NCBI GenBank assembly: GCA_038087875.1
Contig: CM075988.1
Coordinates: 682,001 to 746,000 of the forward strand
Length of the DNA: 64,000 bases
Direction: 5' to 3'
DNA from: Malacoraja senta
Lineage: Eukaryota
Every line of letters begins with the position of its first letter. The first letter of the stretch is position 1. The translations under genes and the position numbers were made by a program. Shown here in pieces: positions 39,796 through 54,545 of the stretch. The notes beneath the pieces are model-generated. The model made no database searches. It was not told the DNA's origin and saw nothing but the letters and a program-made list of their open reading frames with translations.

Positions 39796-40589
39796 TATAA
39801 ACCCTCTGAATTCTACACTCAGAGAAACAAGGCCAGCAATCAAACGAGAGCCCCAGCTCCCAGCCCCACATCACCAAGGACATGGAAATAGAGCACCCGT
39901 CAGTACTTCAACCATAAGCTCACCTCCCAGCTCTCAAGACAAAGAGGAACTATCACCAAATGCTAACCCATCAATGCCAGAAGGAATCCATGAATGGGGA
40001 AAGATAAATAAGAAACAATTGGCACATTGCATCAAACCTTCAAACTTAACTGCATTCTCTCTGATCAATCATCGTAGCAGCTGCCTGGCCAAGAGGTATA
40101 AATGTAAAACATAACCAAATTGACATTCACAAGGAGATTTATGGACACAGTCAAAAGAAAAAGCAAACAAATATTGAACAGACCCCTCCTTCACGGTGCT
40201 CCTCCAGTGGCCATAGCAGGTTGATACACAGTGTCCATTTTGGGGAAGTCCAGTTATTGGGTAAGTCCATATCGGACATATGAAGTTGCCTGAAGGCCAG
40301 TTGATCAAAGTTGAGAACCAGCATGTTCAATGTTATATGTTGTGCAGAATGTTGTACCCTTTATACTTTATCTGTGTACTGTGGATGGCTTGGTTGTATT
40401 CATCTACAGTCTTTTCTCTGACTAGTTAGCACACAAACAAAAGCCTTTCACTGAACATAACAATAATAATCTAACTAAATTGAGCAGGAGGAGGGATAAG
40501 GATGGCAAAGTAAGGGAACCTTGGATGGCCAAAGAAGTTGCAAATTTAGTCAATGAGAAAAAGAAAGTGCATGTAAGGTTTAACAGGAT

Positions 40590-42062
40590 ATAACCATATA
40601 ACCATATAACAATTACAGCACGGAAATAGGCCATCTCGGCCCTTCTAGTCCGTGCCGAACACTTATTCTCCCCTAGTCCCTTCTACCTGCACTCAGACCA
40701 TAACCCTCCATTCCTTTCCTGTCCATATACCTATCCAATTTATTTTTAAATGATAAAATCGAACCTGCCTCCACCACTTCCACTGGAAGCTCATTCCACA
40801 CAGCTACCACTCTCTGATTAAAGAAGTTCCCCCTCATGTTACCCCTAAACTTCTGTCCCTTAATTCTCAAATCATGTCCTCTTGTTTGAATCTTCCCTAC
40901 TCTCAATGGAAAAAGCTTATCCACGTCAACTCTGTCTATCCCTCTCATCATTTTAAAGACCTCTATCAAGTCCCCACTTAACCTTCTGCGCTCCAAAGAA
41001 TAAAGACCTAACTTGTTCAACCTATCTCTGTAACTTAGTTGCTGAAACCCAGGCAACATTCTAGTAAATCTCCTCTATACTCTCTCTATTTTGTTGACAT
41101 CTTTCCTATAATTTGGCGACCAAAATTGTACACCATACTCCTGAATTGGCCTCACCAATGCCTTGTACAATTTTAACATTACATCCCAACTTCTATACTC
41201 AATGCTCTGATTTATAAAGGCCAGCACACCAACAGTTTTCTTTACCACCCTTTCTACATGAGATTCCACCTTCAGGGAACTATGCACAGTTATTCCTAGA
41301 TGCCTCTGTTCAACTGCATTCCTCAATTCGCTACCATTTACCATGTACGTCCTATTTTGATTTGTCTGCCAAGATGTAGCACCTCACAACTTATCAGCAT
41401 TAAACTCCATTTGCCATCTTTCAGCCCACTCTTCGAAATGGCCTAATGGCTCTGTAGACTTTGAAAATCTACTTCATTATCCACAACACCGCCTATCTTA
41501 GTATCATCTGCATACTTACTAATCCAATTTACCCACACCATCATCCAGATCATTGATGTATATGACAAACAACAGTGGACCCAACACAGATCCCTGAGGC
41601 ACCCCACTAGTCACCGGCCTCCAACCTGACAAACAGCCATCCACCATTACTCTCTGGCATCTCCCATTCAGCCACTGTTGAATCCATCTTGCTTCTCCAC
41701 CATTAATACTCAACAATTGAATCTTCTTAACCAACCTTCCATGTGGAACCTTGTCAAAGGCCTTACTGAAGTCCATATAGACAACATCCACCACTTTACC
41801 CTGATCAATTTCCCTAGTAACCTCTTCAAAAAATTCAAGAAGATTTGTCAAACATGACCTTCCAGGCACAAATCCATGTTGACTGTTCCTAATCAAACCT
41901 GTTTATCCAGATGCTTATATATATTATCTCTAAGTATCCTTTCCATTAATTTGCCCACCCCCGACGTCAAATTAACAGGTCTATAATTGCTAGGTTTCCT
42001 CATAGAACCCTTTTTAAACAACGGAACAACATGCGCAGTACGCCAATCCTCAGGCACTATTC
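40590..42062 (-). mobile_element. 5'-truncated CR1, (TTATATGG)n family
   Basis: ORFs 41519-41896, 41075-41344 and 40673-41059, near-identical to 17388-19509. Confidence 0.95.
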
Positions 42063-43408
42063 CCTGTGCCAGAGGATGAAATCAGACAGGGCCTTTACGG
42101 AATATGAAGCAAGAGGGAAAGAACAAGCAGGCAATTAGAAAAAGGCAAAAGAGGCACAAAATGGCTTTGGTAAGTCAGATTAAAGAAAAACGCAAGACTT
42201 TTTATATGTATATTAAAAACACGAGAGTGACTAGGAATAAGGTAGGACCTCCTTCCTACATCAAGGATCGAGAAGGGAATTTGTGCTTGGAGTCTGGAGA
42301 TGCAGGCAAGGTACTAAACGAGTACTTTGCATCTGTTTTCACCATGGAGAGGAAATTGCAGTGGAAAATACTAATTTGTATCCCAACCCAACGGTATGAA
42401 TATTGATTTCTCCAACTTCAAATAACCCTTGCATCCCCTCTCTATCAGTCCCTCCCCCACCCGCAATGTTGTTCTAGCTTCACTGTCGACCTGGTGAGTC
42501 TCATTGTCCGTAAACGCATGTTCACTTAGTCCACAACTAACAATGGACTGCTTCCTTTATCATTGCAACTTGTTTGCAAATCTTTTATTCATTGTTCTAT
42601 ATCTCTCTACATCACCATCTATATCTCTTGTTTTCCTTTCCCCTGACTCTCAATCTGAATAAGTGTCTCGACCCAAAACATCACGTATTCCTTGTCTCCA
42701 GAGATGTTGTCTGTCCCGCTGAGTTACTCCAGCTTATTGTGTCTATCTTCGATTTAAACCGGCAACTACAGTTCCTTCCCACTCTGACCACCACTGACGT
42801 CAGGCTCACCTGTCGATCCCTGGCTTGTCTTTGCTGTCTTTCTTAAATAACAATATATTAGCAACCCTTCAGTCTCTGGAAGGTAATTGGTGCCAAGGAT
42901 TATGCAAATATTTCTGTAAAGGCCTCCACAATTTCTTTTTATCTTCACATGTCCGAGGATGAACTTGCAGGTGCGAGGGATTTATCTACCTCAATGCTCT
43001 TTAAAACTGCAATACTTCATCTTCGGTCTATATCTCCTTTACTTTATGGGGGTGATTTCAACTTCTCCTGACAAGAGATGAGGACAGTTCCCTGCAGGTG
43101 GAGGAAGTCCGTCCAAAGTGCAATCATGGGGCTCGTGATCGGTAGGTGATGGGTATGGGCTCCACAAGGATCCAAGAGATTCCAGACTGTTCCTGTAAAG
43201 TGGATGGTGGCAATGTGACCTGTTGGAATTCAGCACCACAGAAGGCAGTGCAGGACACGGCAGTCATTAAATATATTCAAGGTGTTGATATATCTCATCA
43301 TGTAAAAGGGTTTCTCAATGGAGGATTGAGGAGAGTGTGGGAATCGGTTATTCCAGTGGATGACTGACTTAATTAACATAGTGTCTGTCTGTCCGTCTTC
43401 CGTCTGTC

Positions 43409-43868
<460 letters not shown>

Positions 43869-44253
43869 ACACACCCAAACAGCACTCACATAACCACACT
43901 TCATCAATGCCGCACACACTCACCCACACTCAGTGTCCATGCAGATTCACACTAATTGTTCACACCCACCAAGTATTTGAACAATTATCACATGAGCAAT
44001 ATTCACAAATGCATTGCTTTGCGCACACATGCTCACACTCTTTTTATTCACACTCATACACCATACACTGTGCAATGCATGGAAATGCTCCAACACTCAT
44101 CAGCTCGGGCTGTCCATTTGTTACTCCCCCTCCCTCATGATGACCTCCCCTCTATGCACACGCACGCAGAGGCTGGGAGATGTGTACACAGGTGTTAATA
44201 GATATACAAGGCAAACTAATATATACACAAATACACGGACACATATATACACT

Positions 44254-44465
44254 GACAGGTACACACAGATACATATACAGAAACGTAGATAGGTACACAC
44301 AGATACATACAGTATATATACCCAAACACAGACAGGTACACACAGATACATACATATACAGATACACAGATAGGTACACACAGATACATACAGTATATAT
44401 ACCCATACACAGACAGGTACACACAGATACATAAATACTGATACACTCAGACAGGTCGACACAGA
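44254..44465. repeat. Minisatellite built from acaggtacacacagataca units (period about 80 bp)
   Basis: Repeated gacaggtacacacagataca...gataggtacacacagatacatacagtatatataccc blocks. Confidence 0.8.
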
Positions 44466-45363
44466 TGCAAATTACAATCACACAAATAACTGGGACCACA
44501 ACATGCACAAAGACATAATTGCCAACACACTATTGAAGAAGCAGACAGATATACACTCCGCTAGAGGTTCATACTTGCAAATATACACAAAGAGTCACAA
44601 ATCTCCTGACGCATGTAAATAAAGAGCCTTCAGAGAAAAACACGATGAATTACAAACATGGCGGCCATTCATACCATTGCAAACAGACACAGTTACAGAC
44701 AAATGGATGGACAGTGCTTGCGGATAATATTCCTATCCACACGCATTCACTTTCCGTTCTTTCTGCAGCTCTCTCAATGTCAGATTTCTATTTAGTAACC
44801 TTACAAAGATATGAAAATATATTTCCCAGAAAACCACTATTGTTTTATTTCTTTAGAATATAATCCGATGACGTTGAAGACTCATGACAACTTGCTTTAA
44901 AACATAAAACCTTAGAAGCACATGAGGAGGGTGAGCAATTTCAAAGACAGTCCCCTTTGTCGTTCAATATCGTCATAATTTCTGAGCATTTACCAGTTCC
45001 ACTTTGAAAAGTACTCTCTCAGCCTCTTGTAACACTCATCATCTCAGCAACATCAGTTTGTATACTTCAACACAGGAAGGAAGATTATTGTTGAAGTTGA
45101 TGAGAAGTTAATCCTTGCATGAATAAAGAATTTGTAATAAACAGACAGAAAGGTCAAGCGAAGAGTCCTGACTCAAAACGTCACCTATCCATGTCCTCTA
45201 GAGATGCTGCCTGACCTGCTGAATTACTCCAGCACTTTGTGTTTTACTACAGAATACAGCTTCTTGTTCCAGTCTTAGACTAACTGCGTGGTGAGGGGAT
45301 CCGGGAGTGAGGTCAGACATTTCAAACTGTTATCCCACAGTGAGAGCAAAGCTTGTAACTTAC

Positions 45364-45373
45364 CCATCAACAT
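45364..45373 (-). CDS. ZNF385A: ZNF385A-like, first coding exon (M-L-M-G)
   Basis: Minus strand reads gtcagcc ATG TTG ATG G|GTAAGT: GCC at -3, perfect donor, phase 1. It joins the next exon to give MLMGSL, matching the MILGSL start of mammalian ZNF385A. Confidence 0.75.
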
Positions 45374-45738
45374 GGCTGACAAGTCAAAGTGAGCTGGTGA
45401 CAGATGTGGGAGGGTGAGTGAAGCAAGACACACAGGCTTGGACAGTCTGGCACAGCAGGTGGGATTCTGCAGCAACTGAACCTCTTCATGAGTGCTGGCA
45501 AAGTGATGACCAGGCTGACAGGCCACACCCCTGGGGCACTGAGCTGCCTCAGCCATTGGCTAAACTGCCTGAAAGAACAAACAACAGCAGGACAGCAGGG
45601 AGATGAGCGGTTCGATTCCACGGTGACCTCCAGCTGTTCCAGTAACAACAACCCCCCTCACTCCCGCACACGTCCAAACACCCTCTTCTCATCTGAAATA
45701 CAATACTAAAAAGCCACAGAAATGGGAGGAAGCTCTGA

Positions 45739-45830
45739 AGTCTGAAGAAGGGTCTCGACTCGAAACGTCACCTATTCCTATTCTCCAGGGATGATGCCTG
45801 ACTCCAGCTTTTTGTGTCTATCTTCGGAAG
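45739..45830 (+). ncRNA. Solo PLE-derived HHR unit
   Basis: agt CTGAAGA aGGGTC-TC-GACTC GAAA CGTC acct followed by a shortened PLE tail. Confidence 0.65.
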
Positions 45831-46981
45831 CTCTAACCAGCCAGCTTGGCCTTGCTGGGACAGGATGTCACTTGTGCTGTACAGCCAAAGAGTCACACAG
45901 CATGGAAATAGGCCCGTCAGCCCATCAGACTTAAGCCGACCAAGATGCCCAATCTAAGCTAGTCCCATTAGCCTGCACCCTGCCCATATCTTCTTAAACC
46001 TATCCTATCTATGTACCTGTATAAATGTTATTTAAGTACTGTTATAGTACGTGCCTCAACAACTTCCTCTGGCAGCTTGTTCCACATACCCACCATTCCT
46101 AGGGTAGTATTATTATTAGTAATGAATTGATTTTTAAATATGATAGAAGTGTTGGGAAAAAAGGGGTGAGATTTAACAAGTTATTCTTCTTCTCACTCCT
46201 TTTCGAGCTTGTACAGACACAGAGTTGGACATTGGAACTTTGATTTTTTTCTTCTCATTGCTTTGTAAATATTGATTGTAATGTCCAATTGTTTGATAAT
46301 TTCGATTTTGTTAATATTAATGTCTTTAATGTCTTTACTTGTTCGGAATAAATAAATAAATAAATAAAAATAAATTCCTGTGAAAAAAAGTTATCTCTCA
46401 GATTCCTATTAAATCCTTCCCCATTCACCTTAATCCTATGTCCACTAGTTTGTGATCCCTTTACCTTGGGAAACCCTCCTGGGAATTAATCCTATCTAAG
46501 ACTCTCCTGACTTTTTACACATAAGATCACCCCTCAGCCTCCTTTGCTCTCAGGAATAATGTCCCAGCTGATCCAACCTCTCCATACAACATCCTCTTAA
46601 ATCTTCTCTACACTCTTTTCAGCTTAATAGCATCTTTGCTCGAGCAGGGTGACCAAAACTGAACACAATACTCCATGTGCTGGTTCACCAAGGTCTTGTA
46701 CAACTGTAACATAATGTCCCAACATCTACACTTAGTACCCTAACCAATGCAGGCCAGCATGTCAAAAATCCTTCTTGACCACCCTATACTTATATACATC
46801 GACATACACGGTGGTTTTGACCTCCACCTGGGAACAAACCTTACAATTTACCCAAGGTTGGAGAACACTCAGATGGTCTTGTGTAGGAAGGATGTGCCGA
46901 TGTTGGTTTAAACCGAAGATAGACATAAAAAGCTGGAATAACTCAGCAGGACACGCAGCATCTCTGGAGAGAAGGAATGGG

Positions 46982-47780
46982 AATTCGCACGATTCCCATT
47001 TCGGGAGAAGGCATGATTCGCAGCCTGGTCAACAGTCTGTCTTTTTTCGTCTTTTTTTAATTTTTAGTGTGTGTTAAAAATTTGTGTAAATGTTCTCCGG
47101 TTTGTTTTATGTGGGAGGAGGGGTCAGGGGGTCAGGGGGTCAGGGGGTCAGGGGGTCAGGGGAAACTTTTTTTCAATCTCTTACCTTGCCGGAGATTTTC
47201 CGAGTCGCATCTCCGGTCGCTCTGCGGCCTACCATCAATGGAGCTGGAGGCCTCCTCGTACTGACTTTGTGCCCCACGTACTATAATAGTAATTTGTGCG
47301 TGGACTTGACATCGGAGCTGATCCCTTGCCTGGGATTGCTCCAACCGCGGCCTGCAAACTTACCATCAAGAGCTTGCAGTCTCGGGAGAGGCCGAGTCGG
47401 GAAGCTCCAACGACGCAGAGGCTCGACCAGCCCCGACGTGGGGTCCGATCGCCGGCACGGGGGAGCTGACATCCGCCTGCTGCAGGAACTGATCGCCCCG
47501 ATGCGGAGGGCCCAAATGCCGCCGGCTACGGAGTCAAGATCATCATGTCAACGGAAGGCTTGAGGCCCCGGCCCACTGGAGAGCATTGAAGGGAAGAGAT
47601 TTGAACTTTTTTTTGCCTTCCATCACAGTGAGGAATGTGGAGGAGTCACTGTGATGGATGTTTATGTTAAAATGTATTTTGTGTGTTCCTTTGCTTTTTA
47701 TTTGTATGACTGACTTGGCAAATGAAATTCCTCATATGTTGCAAAACATACTTGGCTAATAAAGTATTATTGTGATTGTG
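46982..47780 (+). mobile_element. Unclassified non-autonomous retroposon (about 800 bp) inserted in an HHR unit
   Basis: Interrupts gaaggaatggg|tgacgtttc with an atggg duplication (46977-46981, 47781-47785); GC-rich body, (ggggtcagg)n, and an aataaa plus (attgtg)n tail. Confidence 0.65.
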
Positions 47781-47894
47781 ATGGGTGACGTTTCGGGGCG
47801 AGACCCTTCTTCAGACTGAGCTCAGATTGTCTTCTTCAGTGTGCATCCCTCTACGTTTTTAAAAGGCAAGGCAAGGATAGTCAGGATGGGAGGT

Positions 47895-48080
47895 AGACAC
47901 AAAATGCTGTAGTAACTCAGTGGGACAGGCAGCATCTCTGGTGTAAAGGATGGGTGACATTTCAGGACCTGAAACATCACCCATTTCTTCTCTCCAGAGA
48001 TGCTGCCTGTCCCACTGAGTTACTCCAGCATTTTGTGTCTACCTTCGATTTGAACCAGCATCTGCAGTTCTGTCTTACAC
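47895..48080. repeat. Palindromic PLE-module dimer with the ribozyme centre deleted
   Basis: agacacaaaatgctg...gggtgacatttcagg|acctgaaacatcaccc...cagcattttgtgtct. Confidence 0.8.
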
Positions 48081-51000
48081 ATAGTCAGGATGGGTTTGTA
48101 TGTGTCAAATTGTATCTCATGATTTTGATTGAGCTTTTTAAAAAGGTGAGCCAGCGGATTGCTGAGGGCAGGGCAGTAGACATTGTCTACTTGAACTTTG
48201 GGAAGGGTCCCTCATGGTAGGCTCGTCCTGAACAATAGATCGCATGAGATCCAGGATGAACTAGCCAAATGGTTGCAAAGTTACTATAATAACAGTTAAA
48301 AGATATTTAGACTGGTACATGGATAGGAAAGGTTTAGGAGGATGTGGGCCAAATATGGGCAGGTGGTATGAGTGTGGGTGGGGTATTTAGGTGGCAAAGG
48401 CAGGTTGGGCCGATACTCATTCATGCTGTTTAACTCTAAAGTTGTTCCAATCTGTGTGAACTTTATTGTGTTGTATGTTTTGGGAAGTTAAACCAGGGCT
48501 GGACAGACACAGAATGTGGTGGGAATCTAGACAGTATTGTAGAACATGGGATTGAGGAATTCATGATGAGTTGGGCTGAAGGGCATTTCCTTGCTGTATA
48601 GATCTACAACTCGGTGATAAAGAGATGTTTCATTTAGAGAGCAGTTACGAGTTAAAAACCAAACCCAGCTCAATGGAAGATGAGGATAGAGATTATGAAG
48701 ACTCAAAAAACAGAGAGAGCTTGACCTTCCTCAAGTTTGAACCAGGCTAAATATAATAATTTGAGAGGGTAAGTGAAAGAGAAAAGTGAGAGAATGAAAA
48801 TATATGAATAGAATGATAAACGTAAACGGGAATCTAAGTTGGAGACACGTTTAGCAAAAGTGAGCTGGAAAATGTTGGTTGAAGGTCCGGTCTGTGCCAG
48901 GTTTTGAAGAGGAGATGGGAAAGCTCAACGTAAGTATATGTCTAAGAGGAGCTCCACATCTTCCACCCATGTGGATGTCAATGAATGGAAATGGCAACAG
49001 ACTGCAAAAGAAAGGAAAGGTTGTCACAGATAGCAAGAGCTCAGTGTCAGAATTTCTGCAGGGTGTATGGATGAAATGAAAATAGAAATAAGATAAGAAG
49101 GATGCAGGAAAACATTACCAGGTAGAACAAGGAAAAACCTTAAGATGTTTCTAAATGATGAGAAAGAGGATTAGACATGAACATATATTTTTATTAGAAA
49201 CGAAAAGTATGTGGAGTAGAAGAAATGTGAAAAGTTCTGAATAAATACTTGGCATATTTCAAACTACATCTAGAGGGAATAGGTTTCAGGTGAGAGAGGA
49301 GAAGTTTAAAGTGAAAGTGAAGAGATTTAAAGAGGACTGAAGGGCAACTTTTCATGCAGAGGATGGTGGGTAAATGGAACAAGCTGCCAGAGGCAGGTAC
49401 AATTACAGCATTTAAAATACATTCAGACAGTTGCATGGACAGGAAGGATTAAAGGAATTTGGCTAAAATATAGGCAAATTGGATTGTTTCCACGCAGTAT
49501 AATTCTATATGCCTACGCAGCAGAGAGTTTTACTGTGCAAAGCAAGATTAAGCTTAGAATTTTGGGGATTCATGAGCACAGAGAGAAGTCCGGCATCTTT
49601 AAAATTGCATCACTTGCCTGGTCAGAAGTAAAATATCTGCCAGGCTCAGGAAATAGGAGTGAAAATAGCACTGGCTCTGTCCATCTCAGTGCTCTGCAGC
49701 ATCAGGTACAGGCGGGTTAGCCCAAGACTTATCCCAAGACAATTCCTCCTGTCCTGCCCAGAGGGTCTGAGGAATGTGCTCACGAGGTCCTGAACACACC
49801 TGGTAGATGGATGAAGAATGAGATACTTGCTTCACTGATTGAAGAGCAGAATGCAAGGCAATGGAGGCCGTGCTGGAACTGTGTGAAGCAATAGTTTGAC
49901 TACCCAGAGTACATGAATACTGGAACTAAAACTCACAACATACTGGAATCATTCATCTGGTCAAGCAGCATCTGTAGGAGAAACATTTAACATTTCAGAC
50001 CTTTCATTGGAACTGCATAAGTAACAAAACCAGTTAGTTAAAACGCATCAAGGATGGGGGCGGGGTGGATGGAGCGTGAGGAATGGTACAGGTAGGGTGA
50101 GGGTAAGGTTGCCATGGTGATGAGCTGCTGATGATGTCATCTGGTTGGTCTGTTAATGAGAAAAGTTTTAGAAAGAAAGAAGAAGCAAATGGGAAGGTGT
50201 AAATGCTGCCGTATGTCTTGTTGAGTATCAGGTATCAGGCCGATGCTGCAGAGATAATAGATGAGTGGAAATCAATCAGGTGATATTAATAGGACCTTTT
50301 AGGAGCTGCCTTCTCTGTGAAATGCCAGATGAAAGAGATGCAAGGTTATCATCCCAGAGCCATGAGTTGGAAACCAAGAAATGCCAAGAGACCTGTAGCC
50401 CAACAATGAAGGAGGTTGGGAGAAAATGAACACTAGTTATTATTTGTTTTAAATTGCCTGGATTCTGGAGTGTATTGAGGGGTAGTTAATTGGATCCTTC
50501 AGTTTAAGTAAGGAGGGAAGGAAAGAACATCTGGGAAACTTCTGACCTATCAGAGCACCAGTGGTGGGGAAATAGCTGGAATCTATTAAAAAAAAAGGAA
50601 GTGAAAACAGAAAACCTTTAAAGCAAAGAATTTATGAAAGGAAAATCAGTGGTGATGGATCTGCTGGCATTGTTTGAGGATGAGACACAGAGAGGAATAC
50701 CAGTAAAAGTCAGTCCTCGGGATTTGCTGAATGTTTTAAATCAGGCCCTGCATGGGAGGTTGGTCGACAAGGTCAGGATGCGTGGAAACATCAGGACTGA
50801 GAAGTGGTCATCAGACACAAAGTACAAAGTAAGAGATTGTTCTCAGCTGGGCAGGCGGTGACTGGTGGGACAGCACAGAGTGTGGTGATTTGGGACGCAG
50901 CTTGTCAGAGTCTATAGCAACATTCTGGCTGCTGGACTAAATAGCAGATTCCCATGGACACTGATGACAACGAACTATGGTTGCCAGTATGGTGGAGCAT

Positions 51001-52294
51001 GTAAAGACACTTCACTGTGATTGGACAAGCTGAGTGAATGGCAACAACATGGTAGAAGGAATAAAACATGGAGAAATTATCAGCCTGTGGGTATTATATC
51101 ACTGAAAGGGAAATTATTGAAAAGGATTGTTGTCCCTAGCTTTGATGTTGCTGATCCCGGACAAATTGCTGATTATATTTATCCCAGAAACATCTCTATT
51201 TCAGCACCATCAATGTAGATGGGGGGTGTGTACTGTTTTGCTTTTTGAAATCAATCACAATCTCTTTGCTCTTGTTGACATTGAGGGAGACTTGAGGTCC
51301 TCATCTGTAGGGAGAGATTGGGCAGGCTAGGACTTTGGAGATGAGGTGTATATGATCATGAGGGGAATAGATATGGGAGATGCATAGTATTTCACCCAGA
51401 GTAGGGGAATCAAGATCCAGGTTTAAGGTGAGAGGGGCAAGATTTAATAGGAACCTGAGGGGCAACTTTTTCCACAGAGTGGGGTGGATATATGGATCAA
51501 ACTGCCAGAGTAAGTAGTTGAGGCAGGTTCAATAATAGCATTTAAAAGATATTTGTACAGGTACATGGATAGGAAAGGTTGAGATGAAAATGGGGCAATG
51601 CAACCAATGTATTCTGCGACAATATGTTGTTGTCATATATGTGAATGATTTTGATGAAAATGTAGGTAATCTGATCAGGAAGCTTGTAGAAGATATGAAA
51701 TTGGTGCAAAAAGGTTGTCAAAATGTACAGCAGGATAGAGTCCAGTTGGAAATTTGGCAAAAGAATGGCAGGTGGATTTGAATCTGGACAAGTGTGAGAT
51801 GTGGATTTTCCATGGTCAAATGCAAGTGGAAAGTAGACGGTAAATGGCAGGATCCCTTTTGGGTAACCAGGAAGATAAGGCAGTAAAAAAGCCCCAGGTT
51901 AGAAGATCAGCCATACTCCTGCTGGATAGGGAAGCCAGGGTGCCCAGAGCAGAAGGGCCTGTTCATAGGCATCGAACACTGCAGCACAAGGACAGGTCCT
52001 GTCTGTGCTGAACATGACACCGGGTTGAACTAATCTTGGCTTGCACATAACCCATATCCCCCCATTTCCTGCATATCCATGTGGCAATCTAAAAGTCCCT
52101 TAAATGCTACTACCATATCTGCGTCCACCTCCGCTCCTGGCAATACATTCCAGGCACCCACCATCCTCTATGTAGAAAAAACAGACGCTCCTATTTCTGA
52201 TGTTCTTCTGACAAGCAACGAAAGGCCCTTCAAAGGGTTTCATCAATGGCCCATTCGGGTTAGGTAGAGGTTCACTTGCACCTCCTCCAACCTT

Positions 52295-52858
52295 ATCTAC
52301 TGTATCCATTCTTCAAGATGTGGACTCTTATACATCGGCGAGACCAAACGTAGACTGGGCGATTGTCTCGCTGAACACCTTTGCTCAGTCCATCTGAACC
52401 TACCTGATCTCCCGGTTGCTAAACACTTTAATTCTCCTTCACATTCTAACCCAGACCATTCCATACTAGGTCTCCTCCATTGTCAGAGTGAGACAAAACG
52501 TAAATTGGAGGAACAGGATCTCATATTTCGCCTTGGGCAGCTTACAGCCCAGTGGTATGAATATTGATTTCTCTAACTTCAGGAAGCCCCGGCATTCCCT
52601 CTCTCTCTATCCCGCCCCCACCCAAGTCGCACCAGCTTCTCATTTTCACCCAACAGCTAACAATGGCCTGATCCTTTATCATCGTTACTTTTTTGCATAT
52701 CTTTCATTCATTGTTCTTTATCTTTCGACATCATCGTCTATATCTCTCGCTTCCCTTATCCCAAACCAGTCTGAAGAAGGTCTCGGCCTAAAATGTCACC
52801 CATTCCTTCTCTCCAGAGATGCTGCCTGACCCGCTGAATTACTCCAGCATTTTGTGCC
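52295..52858 (+). mobile_element. Older PLE 3' fragment (GIY-YIG and terminal repeat)
   Basis: YCIHSSRCGLLYIGETKRRLGD..AEHL ... LGSLQPSGMNIDFSNF, followed by a degenerate HHR (ctgaagaagg...). Confidence 0.85.
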
Positions 52859-53382
52859 CATCAATATAACGTTGATGTTAAAAACAATAATCAGGAAACA
52901 AACTATGTATGATGCTGTGGATGATGGGGTGTGGATAGGGAATAATCCGATTGTTTTATCACAGAAACACAGGAGCAGGTGAATATTAAGCCTTCACACT
53001 TTCTCCACCATTGACACTGATCGAGGATGATCACCCAGAGCTTCTCCCCAAAGCCACACACTTTTCAATGACTAGTTTCAGCTGCTCTCCATGGATTCAC
53101 AGGTTCACCAAGGGATCTCTAGGAGAAGAGATGTCTCCTCATCCCAGCCTTACCGACTGACCCTTCTCCTCAGATCATAATACCTGGATTCCCCGAGGAC
53201 TGGAATATTCTTTCCTGTACCTTATCCGTGCAGTCCTGTTAGTGTTTTAGGGCAGCCCAGTGATGCAGCTGATAGAGCTGCTTTCTCACAGCACCAGAGA
53301 CCTGGTTCGATCCTGACCTTTGGTGTTGTCCTGTGTGGAGTGTGCAAGGTCTCTCTGTGACCACATGGCTTTGCCCCGGGTG

Positions 53383-53582
53383 NNNNNNNNNNNNNNNNNN
53401 NNNNNNNNNNNNNNNNNNNNNNNNNNNNNNNNNNNNNNNNNNNNNNNNNNNNNNNNNNNNNNNNNNNNNNNNNNNNNNNNNNNNNNNNNNNNNNNNNNNN
53501 NNNNNNNNNNNNNNNNNNNNNNNNNNNNNNNNNNNNNNNNNNNNNNNNNNNNNNNNNNNNNNNNNNNNNNNNNNNNNNNNNN
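53383..53582. other. Assembly gap (200 N)
   Basis: Run of N; truncates a V-SINE starting at about 53250. Confidence 0.99.
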
Positions 53583-54232
53583 CGGGTTGATGTGGGCTCT
53601 ACCTTCTCCTGTGATTCTGCTGTCTGACCTGCAGATCCACTTGTTGTGCACCTGTTGTATCAGATTGCTCATTGAATGTCACCAGGCATTATTAATTCAG
53701 CGGAGGCAGTGTTGTGTTCAATGGTTTTTGTGCTAATTTGTTCCCAGTCCTATTGTAGAACTGATGAGCATGGTTTTAATGGATGTAATGATGATGGGAA
53801 GAAACTTAAACCCACTTATTTCAGCAGCTGCACAGCTTAGCTCAGAAGTGGATTTCAGTTCACTTTACCAAGAAGTCAAACACTCCCGACATGAGTTCTC
53901 CACCCCAGGAATTCACAGACACCTGGCTACCTGTGGCTCGCTGCTTCCTGTCACCAGCAGTCTGTAGTAAAGGGGAAAGAAAGGCCTCCATTGACACAAT
54001 GCCTCTCATGTCCAACACTCATTACAGTCACAGAGTGATGATGAGGGTGAATCACTCCTGTGGTTTAACTGTCGTGGGAGGATGGAGAGTAGGGCAGTGG
54101 CAGTGCATCAACACAATGTGTGGTGAGAACAGCAACTTCGCAATGTGGATCAGTAAGGAGGATAGAGCAGAGGCTAAGGCAACAGGAGAAACTCTGTCAA
54201 TTCCTTGAAATCTTGCATCATCCTTCACATCA

Positions 54233-54545
54233 GGTGGTGGTGCAGGTGGTAGAGCTGCTGCCTCATAGTGCCAGGGATTCAGGTTTAATACTGTCCCCGG
54301 ATGCTGTCTACGTGGAGTTTGCACATTCATCCTGTGACTGCGATAGTTTCCTCTGGATGCTCAGGTTTCATCCCAGATCTCAAAGATGTGCGGGTTTGCA
54401 AGTTCATTGGCCTCTGTAAGTTGCCCCTGGTGTGTAGGGAGTGGATGCAAAAGTGTGTTAATGTAGAACTAGTGTGAATGGATGATCGATGGTCGACATA
54501 GGTGTGGACTGGGTGGACTGAAGGGCCTGTGTTCATGCTGCATCA
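54233..54545 (+). mobile_element. V-SINE
   Basis: ggtggtgcaggtggtagagctgctgcctca...ggtttaat head, V core, CR1-like tail gactgaagggcctgtg. Confidence 0.78.

Noticed and set aside
40130..40180. Fox and Hox/Pbx-like motifs as an enhancer
   Set aside because: Short motifs are expected by chance; unsupported without conservation data.
44254..44465. CRISPR-like repeat-spacer array
   Set aside because: The spacers are themselves repeated and low-complexity; eukaryotic minisatellite with no cas genes.
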